Source of the DNA: Massalongia carnosa
Lineage: Eukaryota
Length of the DNA stretch: 64,000 nt
Direction of reading: 5' to 3'
NCBI GenBank assembly: GCA_965645245.1
Contig: OZ287078.1
Coordinates: 310,001-374,000 of the forward strand
Of the stretch, positions 1-12,500 are shown piece after piece (position 1 is the stretch's first letter; every line of letters begins with the position of its first letter). Position numbers and translations under genes: made by a program. A model generated the notes under the pieces. The model saw only the letters and a program-made list of their open reading frames with translations. It ran no database searches and was not told the origin of the DNA.

Positions 1-842
1 GAGCCTGCATGCATAACACGACATGCAGTCTAATTTATTCACGGAAAAGCTCGTCCAACAGTCCAACGGAAGTGCATGAGAAGGAAGAATGAATTTACCG
101 AAGCAGTGCCTTGCGTACTTGCCTAATGCTTAAGGCTTGCAGTAGTGCGGAGCCTGACGATCTTCGTCGAGGAAAACTTATCTCCTCCGGCTTCACTCTC
201 TGCCCCGTGCTTGCGGTGGACACTCCTTCACCTCGTTCTTTCAGCGAGTACAGAATACCAACCAAAAGGGATGGTGCTAAAAATGCACGAATATCGTGCG
301 GTAGACCATACTCCGCTATTCGCATCCAGAGAGGGGGAACGCATGTTGCCATCAGCTCAAATTCCAATTTGCTCATCTCTACGTGAGAACTCCGCCGACA
401 TGCGTCACGACCGCAGACTATAAGCTTCGTCGCTGATGCGATCGTAGAAGGTCATCTACGCTGAGCAACCGGCCGATGACACATCGTTTAACGTAATGGC
501 GTCAACTATCACTCTGCGAAACCGGGCAAAAAGACTCAGCGATGCCTTAGGCACATTGCGGTCCAGCGAGGAGAAAGATCCAAACGAGGAGAAGAACATA
601 TAATAGAAAAAATGTGGCGTACCGGCATGCGTGATAATGAATGATGGAACTCAATGGTGTTGGCAACTGGGACTACTTCTCCGAGAGTACTAAATTTCGA
701 TGGGCTTCCTAGAAGGAGTAACGCCGGAGAGGGTTCTCCTTGCTTTGATAAAGGTCATTATTACGTCTAGACAGCCTGACGGAAGAAGTCTCGTCTCTCT
801 CTCGTTGTTGTTGAAAGCAATAGTCACGGTTCATTCATCACG

Positions 843-2626
843 ATGTCTGAGAGTTTGGCCGGCTACTTTGCCCCAGCTACCGTCATTACTCTCTGTAGCC
901 TCCTTGTATACCGTTACCTCGTCCATCCTTTCTGGCTGTCCCCGTTGGCGAGGGTACCCAATGCTCATTGGACTTCTCCTTTCGTTCCTTGGTGGATCCT
1001 GTGGAAACGGTACCAACAGCAAGAGCTACCAGCTGCAAATGGAGCTCATCAGAGACTTGGACCGATTGTAAGACTGGGACCAAAGGACCTCAGCGTCAGC
1101 AGTTATGAAGATGGTATACGAACGATATATGGAGGCGGCTTTGACAAGCCTACTTATTTTGATTTCTTCAACTATTACGAGTGTGCATGCCATCCGTAAG
1201 CTACACGGCCATGGAGACAGCTGACAACAACGACAGGAGATCCAACTCCTTCTGTAGCCTTACAAGAAAAGATCATTCGGTCCACCGGCAGAGAATATCC
1301 GCCGTCTACACCAAATCTACGCTGTTCGGCTCCCCACAATTAGCTTCTCTGACGGAAAAGGTACTTCTGGACCGTCTGGTCCCCAGACTGCGGGAGCAAG
1401 CTTCGAGGCCCCACCCAACCGAACTCCTTGAGATGACTTATTCTCTATGTCTCGACTACATCAACGCCTTCATATTCGGCTACTCAAGCGGATCGAACTT
1501 TCTACAAGATGAAAGCAGCGCGCGGCTTTGGCTCGAACACTACGAGAAACGGTACTGCAACGAATCGTTCTGGCCTCAGGAGCTGCCAAATGTTACTCAG
1601 ATGCTGAAATTGGTAGGAATCAACATGCTGCCTAAAGAGCATCCTACGTCCATACATTACTTGGAGCTCTGGATGATGGGCTTGTGTGATAAGGCGGAGG
1701 CTGAACGTTTGCGTGCGGGCCAGGGAATGGTGAAGGATCCAGCGGACATTCCGGTTGTCTATCAACAAGCCAAGCAAGCGGTGGAGGTGGACTTGAAAGG
1801 AGCAGACGTCCAGACCAAGAAGCGAGAAATTGCCAGTGAACTCTTCGATCATATGTGTATGCCAAATTCCTTTTCCGTCAACATATTTGTCCGCGAGGAC
1901 TGACGTGGATCTCCTCCAGCGGGAGCACGAGAAGTCCTCGGGCTCGTCTTGAGCTACACGCTCTACTACATTTCGCAGAACCAGCCCGCGCAAGAGCGCC
2001 TCCGCGGTGAAATCCGATCCGCTGGCCTCTCAATCGCCGTCCCGGACCACGGCGACGAGCCAACCCCAACCTTTCCCTCGCCTCGCTCCCTCGACAGCCT
2101 CCCCTACCTCTCCGCCGTCCTGAAAGAATCATTCCGCATGCGTCCGAACAGCACGCCCTTGCCACGCATCACGCCTCCTGATCGCTCCGTCAGCCTCGCG
2201 GGCGTCCACAACATCCCGCCAGGCACCCGCGTCAACTCCTTCCAATGGTTTGTGCATCGAGATCCCAGGCAGTGGGACCAGCCCGATCGGTGGATGCCTG
2301 AGAGGATGCTCCACGGGACGGACGGAGAGGGGAAGGATCACGAAGGCGTGCTGTGGGCGTTCGGAAGCGGGCCGAGGATGTGCGTGGGGAGTCATCTGAC
2401 GCAGTACAGTAAGCCTCTCCTTTCCACGATCCTCGACCTTGCAGCGAGTGGCCGTGCATACTAAGGGCATTCACGATTTTGCGCAGTGATGAGATACGTC
2501 ATCGCGGTCGTCTTGTCCAACTTCCGCCTTGTCGCGGTCGACGACGGGAGCTTCGGGCGCCACCCAGCGGGCTCGCTTGACGATCGGCTTATGGTGAAGC
2601 TCGAGCCGTTGCCGTCATCGTCGTGA
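843..2626 (+). CDS. Cytochrome P450, 4 exons (843-1180, 1237-1856, 1920-2408, 2487-2626)
   Basis: N-terminal TM anchor and Pro-rich hinge (SPLARVPNAHW), GPIVRLGPK, K-helix ExxR (KESFR), PERM, heme motif FGSGPRMCVG. GT-AG introns 1181-1236, 1857-1919 and 2409-2486 join the ORF pieces in frame. Confidence 0.93.
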
Positions 2627-3667
2627 TTGATCCCCAAACACGCATCCTCGTCGAAAATTTCCCGCGCGGGAACGCATCAGCCGAACCTATCAATCATCAT
2701 CATCATCAAATCAATAGCTTTCAATCGATTCACAGAACGGGACCGTTCGGGTAAAAGCGTTGCGTTTATGGCAGCACGTTTCGAATAGATTAGATCCCAT
2801 CGACCGACAAAGATCATCATCAATCACGAATAATTTTACCCATTGCTTGCTTGCCCGCAGACGTGCTTTCTTGGAGAATTTGCATAAAAAGTAACTAGGT
2901 ATTCGGCTGCTGTCGGCTGATGCCGAGTTGATTCAAACCCAATCATCCTGCTTATCATTCACTTCACAAAGCACGCCAAATCCAGAATTTCCTACCTACG
3001 GACCCTCCCCTTTTCTTCAATCACTCCTCCCAACACCTCCCTAATACGTAGCAGAAGTGGCTCAACAGTTAACTCCCTCCTCCCGCATCCCCCGCGAATA
3101 CGTTCCATCCTCTTCCCGCTTTGCCGCACATCGTTTTGACCAGCAGTCGCCCAACAGCTGGATCGGTAAATGAGAGAAATGCGAACAACTACAACAGCAA
3201 CAACGACGACGACTTCTTGTGGTAATCATCGTACATATCACGTCATTCTTATACGATGTTTTGTTTTTCTCGCGATGAACACCAAGAACAAGACGAGGTA
3301 GAAGAAGACGAAGAACACCATCGACTTCTGTTGCCGTTTGAGGGCGACTTCGCCCCCCCCCCCCAAACTGGAAATCCGCGCGTCTGTATTGTACGGATTG
3401 CGTCGTTGCTAGATTTCGTTCCATTGTCGCGGTGGGAGATTTAGGCTTGGTGTGAAGAAGGGAAGGGGAGGGGAGGAATGGGGAAACGGTCAAGGGGATG
3501 GATGGTGGGTGTGCAAAGCGGTGTGGATCTTGCTTTTGGTTGTTTCGCTAGCTAGATACGTCTATGTCGCATCTCCCTCGCTCTCGCTCTCTCTCTCTCT
3601 CATGCACACACACACATACACACATGTAGATCAATCAAACCACCGGCGTAGATTAACGACAGTCGTG

Positions 3668-4768
3668 TCACATCGCGGTGGGCTGGCTCAACATCTCCCC
3701 TGGTCCATGTCAGTCGGTGCCGCCACGTCTGCCAAACCCACCCCAGGGGATGGATCCGAGCCGCACCCACTCACCTCCGTCCGGGTGCAGGATCTGATTG
3801 TAGTAGAAGCAGCCGGCGCGTCCGGCGAGCAGCAGGATCGTCGCCGCCATGTCGGTCTCCTGCCCGGGCCGGCCGGCCACGTTGGGCATCGCCATCTCCC
3901 GCAGCGTGGACTTCTGGTCGGCGCCCGAGCTCCCCGCCGTCATCTCCGTCGGGAAAATGCCCGGCGCGAGCATGTTGACGCGGACCCGGGTCCGGGCGAA
4001 GGCGGTGGACAGCATGCGGCTCAGGTGCAAGAAGGCGGCTTTCGACGCCGCGTAGGAGATGTGCCCGTGCGTGGTGTGCTTCAGCAGCGCCGAATTGCTG
4101 CAGGTGTTGATGATGCTGGACGTGTAACCGGGGATCACGTCGTGGCCTTGGGCGAGGAGAGGCAGGAAGGCCATGGACATGAAGAAGCCGCCGGTGACGT
4201 TCGTCTCGAACGCCTGGGCCCAGTGCTCGGGCTCGGATCGCATGAAGTGCGCGCTGATGGACTGCGGGTCGCTGAAGTCCGGCTCGCCGGCTCGGTCGAA
4301 CCGGGTGGCATCGTCGCGGGTGATGCCGGCGTTGTTGACGAGGAGTTGGATGCCGTGGGGCTCCGCGTCGGCGATGGAGGCGGCGAGTTGCTGGACGGCG
4401 GGTTTGTGGCTGATGTCGGCGGTGATGCTATCGACGACGTTCGTCCCATCAGACGGCCGACCTTCGTTGGAAACGACGGAGGCGTTACTTGCGGGATGAT
4501 TTGGCCGCGCCCGGTGTCATAGAGGTCGGCAACGGTTTGGATGGCCGCCTCTCGGCGGTCGACGATGTAGACTTTGGCGCCGTTGGCCACCAACGCCTGG
4601 AGGCGGGTCAGCCCTCGTCGACGGACCATCGACGAGCGTGTTCGTGCTTGCCTGGGTCATCATCAGACCGATGCCGCTGCCACCGCCGGTGACGACGGCC
4701 GTGACATGGGAGACATCGAAGAGCTTGGCGCTCTCGAGGAACGTGTTGTCCGCCTTGCCTGGTGTCAT
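3668..4768 (-). CDS. Short-chain dehydrogenase/reductase 1 (resembles fungal SAT2/SAT3/RhlG-like SDRs), 4 exons
   Basis: LFDVSHVTAVVTGGGSGIG (Rossmann TGxxxGxG), VNNAG, YAASK (YxxxK), RVNMLAPG, DGG. Introns 4597-4651 and 4428-4492 (both GC-AG) and a GT-AG intron near 3700-3775; last exon EMLSQPTAM*. Confidence 0.88.
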
Positions 4769-5011
4769 GATTCGATGTTGGGCTCGCTGCGGAACAATGA
4801 AGGAGGGTGTCGCCCGCTTTCCTATCGAACCCTTTATCCTTGCGTCTGGAGCCATCCTGACGCATCGCCCAGGGACCGATTCTCGTCGAGCATTTGTACC
4901 GTATCATTGGCTGCATGCTTTGACGGGGACGTTACGTTAGCGTCATGTCGCGAGAATGCAGGTCGATCGAGACCCATATCTCGCATGGATTTTGATCTTC
5001 TTGAAGATACC

Positions 5012-5039
5012 TCTCGAGTCTCGAGTCTCGAGTCTCGAG
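5012..5039. repeat. (TCTCGAG)x4 tandem repeat between the two SDR genes
   Basis: Four perfect 7-mers read directly. Confidence 0.85.
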
Positions 5040-5517
5040 TATCGAATGCGTCGACGATGATCGCGTCATCACGAATGCCTTCATCCATATTCAGGTTATG
5101 TACTTCGTATACAGATACCTTGAACCGTGGACCGTGTCACCACACTGACCCCGAAATCACTCCAAGCCGACCGCCTAATCAGTCATCAGAGTACTCCGTA
5201 CTCCGTACCGCACGACCGATCCACTCGGTCGCTGGTTACATCATCACGACCGAATCGAGTGAGAGTTTCATGGGCACATTACCGAGTGCCGCGTACCGAG
5301 CATCTGCGTCGGATACCACCGAGTATAGAGTAGGTACTTTGTATATCATGCAAGATGCCCGCTCTCCCCTCCGAAGAAAAGAGAGGTGAGGCCCGATACC
5401 GGAGGCTTCCCCCCAACTACGAAGTACTCCGTACAGAGTACAGAACCCCCCAAAACTCTTAGGTCACATGATGAACCCGTGCGGTGCTTCGCGTCGAATC
5501 CACCCCCACCCCCCGGT

Positions 5518-6524
5518 TCATAACGACCCATGCTGGAGCAGATATCCACCGTCGACGACCACAATCTGTCCGTGGAGGTACTGGTTCGTCGCCAGGAACA
5601 AGATCGCACTCGCCATGTCCCCGTCGTTCCCCGGCCGCCCAGCCGCAATGTCGCGGGTCAACGGATAGTCGTCGGGCAGCTGGCTCTTCTGAGTGGTCGG
5701 ATCGCTTGTCTGCGTCGTGATCTCGCTGGGAAAGATCCCCGGCGCGATCGAGTTGATCCGGATCGTCAGCCCGGCCCTGGCCATCTCCGACGCCAGGACT
5801 TTGGTCAATCGGATCGTCCCCGCTTTGCACGTGCCCGCGGGAAAATGGTTTTCCGAACCGTTGATCATGCCCGACGTCGACGAGATGTTGATGACCGTGC
5901 TAGAATACCCGCGATGCTGCTCGCTGCCTCGTTGCAGGAGCGGGAGGAACGCCGTGGTCATGAAGTAGTGCGCCGCGGTGTTGGTGCGATACACCTGGCT
6001 CCACTGTTCGAACGTCGCGTCGTCCGGGTCGAACAGACGTTTCTTGATCGCGTCGGCGGACTCGCCCGCCGGCGAATGGGCAGCGCTCCAGATCCCGGCG
6101 TTGTTGATCAGAATGTGAAGACAGCCCTCGCGGGCCTCGATCGCGCCAACCAAACGCCTGTGGCATCGCGGTCAGTGTCATGCCTACCGCCCGGCTGGGC
6201 CGACGTGCTTGATACCGTCTTTGTCGCTGACATCCCCCACGAGCGCCACGATTTGGCCATCAACGTCCCTCCCATGCACATCCACCACCGTCGTGAGTTT
6301 CCTCTCGGTCCGCCCCACGATGTAGACCTTGGCTCCGTTCACCGCAAGAGCCTGTGCGGCCATCAAGCCAATGCCAGAACCACCGCCAGTGACCAGAGCG
6401 ATCTGCAGAAGCGCGAATCAGTATATCTTGACACAAATCTTGCATGGCTCCGAGCGGGCAAGGCGACCTTGTTCTTCACGCCGAACAGCTCCTCCAGTCG
6501 AAATCGGGCGTTGCTGGTCGACAT
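5518..6524 (-). CDS. Short-chain dehydrogenase/reductase 2, catalytic Tyr replaced by Ala; 3 exons (6524-6468, 6402-6209, 6157-5518)
   Basis: EELFGVKNK/IALVTGGGSGIGLMAAQALAVNGAKVYIVGR, LINNAG, INISS, HFPAGTCKA at the YxxxK position, RINSIAPG, VDGG. Introns 6403-6467 (GT-AG) and 6158-6208 (GC-AG). Confidence 0.88.
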
Positions 6525-7454
6525 GTGAATCAAGACCCCGGACGGTCATGTGCCTTGGCCGAGAGAAATCCCTTGGTCGTGTGGTGCGAAAAGTCTCAAG
6601 TAGAGTTTTATCGTCGGCTAGGCTGGTAGAATTTGGTCCTCTGGACAGGTAATGATGAATGACCGTTGAAGACAATCGAGGTGGTGGCGTGGAAGAAGCG
6701 TCTCCATATCCTTCCTAGAATCGTTGATCATGTTCGGTTCTCGTCAGATAGTGTCTCGTATGTGCATCCGGATTCTTTCGGTAATCATGTTACTTTGGGC
6801 TAGTGGCGTCGTGGCTAACCGTACTAGTACCGAGTACTCTCCTGCAGGATCGAAAAACAAATGATATGCAGTCCGTACAGAGTCAACTGGCCAAACATGT
6901 CCGTCTTGAGACATTGGAATTGATCAGTCATCGTGCTAGTTCAAGATCCCTTCCTCGATGATTGGATGAGCCGTAAGCATGCAGGTCAGTGGTAGGAAGA
7001 GATTCATTCCCAGGCATGCATCGACGCCTCGTCTCGTCAGGGCTTCGTGTTTCTCCGCCGAATAGCGTCGGCTTCAAGGATTGGATAGGAGAAACATGTT
7101 TCCGGTTCAGAACCCTTCGCTGCGAGCTGGATCGTGATAAATGCCCGATCGGACTGGCTGATCCAATGCAAAGATGCAAAAGGGAGTGTTATTACATAAT
7201 CAGGCAGTGCATAGATCCCTCTAGAACGTGCCCTTCATCTGCCTCATCCATCAGGAGGATATGACAGAGGATGAGGATATCACTTTCCGACTGGCAAAGA
7301 TGCCAGATATGATGCCATTGTTAAGGCGGCCGGCAATGCAGTACCGCGGGCGTTCCTCCTGCTCTTGCCGCTCGCTCCTTCTACACCACAGCTATCGACA
7401 ACACGGCCGCGGTTCACAGAAACAGACGCATCCGTTACCCAATTGACGGTGACA

Positions 7455-9175
7455 ATGATTCTCTCTTCTCGACGAACCTGGTATACATCGAAACCTCCCC
7501 TCTGGCTGAAACTCAGATCGTCAACCCGTTTCATCGCGTTCACGGCATTCATCGCCACCTTCACCGATGGCTTCCTCTACGGTGCAATCGTCCCCGTCCT
7601 TCCCTTCTCCCTCGTCGACCGTTCCGGGGTGCCAGAAGACATGGTGCAACTGTGGCTTTCAGTCTTCATGATGACGTTCGGCCTTGCTATGATGATTGGG
7701 GCCCCGATCGCTGGCTGGGCCGCAAACCGCGTTTCTTCGCGAAAGATTCCCTTCCTTGCCGGCCTTGGTGTCGCCTTTGTGGCAACGGTGCTCCTCTGTT
7801 TCGGACGTGCTCCCTGGGTGCTGGTGATCGCGAGAATGTTTCAAGGGCTTTCGGCTCCTATGATCAATACCACTGCCCTAGTGATTGTTGCCGACTCGGT
7901 GGATAGGGATCAGATTGGCTCTTGGTACGAACGAGCCCTTGCTTTTAGAGGACCGCTGATGGGCATTGACACTTCATAAAGGATAGGCTTCGTCTTAAGC
8001 GGCATGAATCTCGGTCTGCTCATTGCCCCGTTCCTGGCAGGTGCCGTCTATGAACGAGCGGGCTACTATGCCGTCTTTGGTGTGATGCTTGGAGTAATCG
8101 CCATTGATTTCGTGCTGCGGGTCGCCATGATCGAGAAGAGGGTTGCCGCCGAGTGGCTTACGAGCATGAAATTTGACGTCACTGCTTCGAGTGGTGAATC
8201 CACTCCCGTAGACCCCAATTCTACCAGTCTTGGTGCCTCTACCGCCAGCATAACAACTCTAGACAAAGGGCCAAACCAACATGCATCGGAGCCAGATGAG
8301 CACTCGTTCTTGCTTCCATGCAAGCCTGGGGGCAGAAAGGCGACCAGATCCTGGCTCGCCTCCAAGTTTCCCATGATGACCGTTCTCTTCAGCTCCCCTC
8401 GCCTCAATGCTGCCATGTATGGCGGCCTCATCCACACCATGCTTATCGCCTCCTTGGACGCCATCCTCCCTCTCTTCGTCATCAGGACTTTCCATTGGAA
8501 AGCCACCGCGGCCGGGCTAATTTTCCTTGCCCTCACCATCCCTTCTCTCCTGAGCACATTCATCGGGATGCTATCTGACCGTTACGGCGCGAGATTTACC
8601 TCCTTGTTCGGTTTTGCGCTTGTCACCCCGGCGTTGGGCCTGTTGGGCCTTTGCAAAGAGGGTAGCATCCTGGCTCAAGTCTTGCTGAGTGTCTTCCTCA
8701 TGTTCATAGGTAAAAGCCTACTACACCCCCCCCCCCTTCCTCCAATCCAACAAATACTCCACCTCTTTGACGCTTGCTGAACATCATTGCATTCAAACCA
8801 CTCCCCTGATCCCCCGCATCACTAATACTCCCCTCTCCTCCAGGGCTCGGCCTCAACTTCATCCTCACCCCTCTCGCCGCCGAGGTCTTCTACGAAGCCG
8901 AGATCCTCGCTCACCAATACCCCTCCCTATTCGGCGTCATGAGCGCCTTCGCTCAGGTCTACTCCCTCTTCAACGCCGCGCTGGGACTGGCCACCATTGT
9001 GGGGCCATTGCTGGCGGGTACGTTGTACGATCGGACGAACTGGCAGATTACGCTGGGCGTTTTAGCGGGGCTGTGCGGGTTGGGGAGTGTACCCGTCTGG
9101 AGGTATACGGGGTCTGTAACGAAAGGGTCGGAGGGGGAGCACGAGGGTGAGAGTGGGAAGAACGGGAGTGTTTGA
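7455..9175 (+). CDS. MFS transporter, SLC18/vesicular amine transporter-like; 3 exons (7455-7924, 7982-8709, 8844-9175)
   Basis: RSSTRFIAFTAFIATFTDGFLYGAIVPVLPF N-terminal signature, motif A GMLSDRYGAR, many hydrophobic segments around a central loop, canonical introns 7925-7981 and 8710-8843. Confidence 0.88.
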
Positions 9176-9554
9176 AGGTTTACGTGCGAATGGGTAGAGG
9201 GATCAGTAGATTTGATTGGTTGCTGTGGGGGGTGAAATTGCGGTCGATCGAGTTTGCGTTCGTCAATTGCAATTGTGTGGTTGCTTCAAAAGTTTTTGGG
9301 AGAGGGGCCCCTCTTCCGCAGCAGATCGGTCTGGTCTTGCCGAGAGGGTTTCACTGGTAGCGAAAATGGTCACGTTCATCCCTATGAAAATTTACCCGTG
9401 TCTACATAATATTTCTCTGGTTCCCATTTGACCATCTCTCTCTACCCTCGTGCCTCAAAAACTCCATGTTTCTTCACGCCAAGTCGTACGCCGCTCCAAG
9501 AAACGCACGATCCTTCGGCAGCCGTCATTGGGACTCGATCAATTGGCAATCTGC

Positions 9555-12500
9555 TCACGCCCCAGGACCTGTGGCCATTGGCAAGAAGCCACTCTCTCGC
9601 AAGTGCCTGATGTTCATCCGAACCGCCCCCTCTACCCGTTCCGTTGTCTTTCGCCATGGGCCCTCCTCCGCGCCAGGCGCTGATGGTGGTGGTGGTGCGC
9701 ATCCGATCCCACCTTTTCCTTCCTCGAGCATGTATGACAGTGGCCACAGACAGTGCTGTGAGCCCTTCTCGTCCACGTTCTGTCGCATGCGGGCCCACCA
9801 CGCCCGGCCCTGCATTGGACGTAACTCGTAGCCAAACTCGGTGGATAGGATGTGCCAGAGCTGGCGGACGGGAAGACCGTCTAGGATGCGGGTGGTGTGG
9901 CAAGGTGATGGTTGTTGTTGTTGTTGTTGTTGTTGCTGTTGCATGTCGTCATCGTTGGAGCTATGAGAGGAGGAAGCAACGCTCACGCTCTGACAGACGA
10001 CCGTGCGTGCAACGTGTCCGGCGTCCGAGACAAAGAGCCATTGGTCGGCTTCGTCGGCATTGTAAGCTCCGATCTCGACGGCACCTGCGACCAGACGCCA
10101 GAGATAGTCGCTGGTGTTTGCGAGACCTTCGGTCACGGTGCCGATGATGTTGCCGGGTTTGATCACGGAGATGTGGTGATGGCTGTTCGAGGGGATGGAT
10201 GCGAATCGCTTGACGAGGAGCTCCGAGACTAGTTTTGATTGCGCGTAGCCACTCGATCGGGTGACTTGTGCGGGCAGTGCTGCTTCGGTTTCGTCGTTGA
10301 AGGAGAGCCGCTGGCCGCCGGATATGTATATGAAGCGGGTATGGTTAGGGGAAGCGGACAGCACGCCGAGGAGGTCGGCTGTGGAGAGAGTATTGGCGGG
10401 TTTAAGGGTGTGGTAGCTGGCATTCCAGCGGACGACACCACCGTTGTGGATGATGGTGTGCATGTTCTCCCCTAATGATGCTGAACCTATTAAGCGTTGC
10501 CATTGCTGCGGTGTGAGGCCCAGACAAGGGTTCGTCAAGTCACCAGGCCAAATTTCGAGTTTGGAGGTGAAGGATTCGGACCACCAGTTTGCATCCATGG
10601 CGACTTTGATGGTACGAGCAAGGCCTTCTTCTGGGGTTTTGGCACGGACGTGAATGATGACGCTTTTGATGGAGGGTTGAAGGAGGAGTTGATGAAGGAT
10701 TTGCGTGCCAAGGAACCCTGTGGCTCCTGTGAGAAAGACATTTTCGATTTTATGTTGGTTAATACTGTGGCTTCTGTGCTGTTGGGGACTGGTGGAGAGC
10801 GGTAGTCCTTCAAAAATAGTCGTAACCTCTTTGAAGATATCTATAGGTGCTGTAGATGCCGAGTTGAAGGACTTGCCCTTCGATGATACAACTTCTGCTG
10901 CTAAGCTTCGAATGGTGATGTCATTATTGGTAAGTCTCTCCACTCCGATCTTTGCGTCGAATTCTTGTTCTATTCGTCTTGATATCGAGATGACTTGAAT
11001 GGAATTTATGCCCACCGCTGACAAGGCGAAATCACGGCCCTCGAGAGCCTCTCTCAGCTGAGTGTTGCTTTCAGCACCAACGTCCGCGACGATAGTATTG
11101 ACTCTCGATGCGACGAACTCGTAGGGACACAACTTAGGTAAGTTTCTCAGTCCTGAGGGACCCATGGGAACAAATTGTTGTGCTTTGGCTACTCCTTCTT
11201 CCAGCCAAATTTCAACTCTCCTTCGATCTGTCTTCTTATTCGATGTTAGGGGAATACTTTCAATAGCGATCCAAGCGGTTGGAACCATGTATGCTGGCAA
11301 ATTTTGTTTCAGATATTCTGTAGCTTCACTTGTATCGAACTCTACATTCTGCACGTCTCCATGAGACAGCAATCGAAGATCTTCATCCATGTTTGACCGC
11401 GACAGGACCCGAAACTGTACAACAGCGACAAGGCGATTTGCGTGGTAGCCAAACTTCGGATATGCAACGATACATTTGGTCACGGCAGGATGCATCGACA
11501 GGAGATGTTCGACTTCGCTCAACTCTACTCGTTGCCCACGTATCTTGACTTGAGTGTCCTTCCGACCAACAAATTTGAGCGAGCCGTTTGACTGATAACG
11601 TACCAAATCCCCTGTCTTGTAGACTCGTCGCCCAGATGCTGATCCACATGCTTGAAGCCACTCAGGGTCCTGAATGAAAGATGCCTTTGTCTTTTCCAAG
11701 TTGTTCAGATAACCGCGAGCCAAGGCTGGGCTCTCCACTACGAGCTCGCCGGTTGAATCAAGAGACGCAAGTTGATCGGGAAAATCCACATCTACAATCC
11801 AGCAATTTGCGTGGGCCATTGGGTAACCGATCGTTCCGGGCTGATCCAATGGGCTGAAGTATTCATAGGCAGTGCAAGCTGAGCTCTCAGCTGGACCATA
11901 ACAGTTGATTAGTCGAACCTTACCTACCCAGCGCGCTACGTGTCCCTGCTGGACCTCCTCGCCCGCGAGAACTAGCGTTTGCAATGTTGGTACATCTTCT
12001 GCAGTGAAAGTCCCTGCAAATGACGGAGTAAGATCGGCCCAGGTGACTTTCATTGTGCTCATAACATCGACGACGTTATTTCTGCGATCATATTCGGAAG
12101 GAATGCAGAGACAAGCGCCGTGTATTAAAGTATCAACGATGTCCACAATACTGACATCAAAATTGTATGACGCAAACTGTAAGACACGGCATCCAGCATC
12201 AAGATGTAAAGCTTTGCCATATGAAGAGCACATTGTACCTATATGATGGTTAGTACTCACTGGTGGCGAACCTAAATGTAGGCAGATGTGCCTGAGGGTA
12301 GACCGTACAAACCGCCCCGTGATCTTGAACAATTCCTTTCGGTTGCCCAGTGCTGCCTGAGGTAAAAAGAACAAACGCAGCGTTCTGTGGGCTGACCTCA
12401 AGACAGGGTTTGCTGTCAATTTCTTCTAAGCTGTCTATGAACGCCGACGAAATGACCACTATACATTTTCCATTTCCCTCGAATAAGCTAGCCTGAGAAG

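Noticed and set aside
3452..6528. Long + strand ORFs (356, 271 and 332 aa)
   Set aside because: Antisense shadows of the GC-rich SDR genes or intergenic read-through; no motifs.
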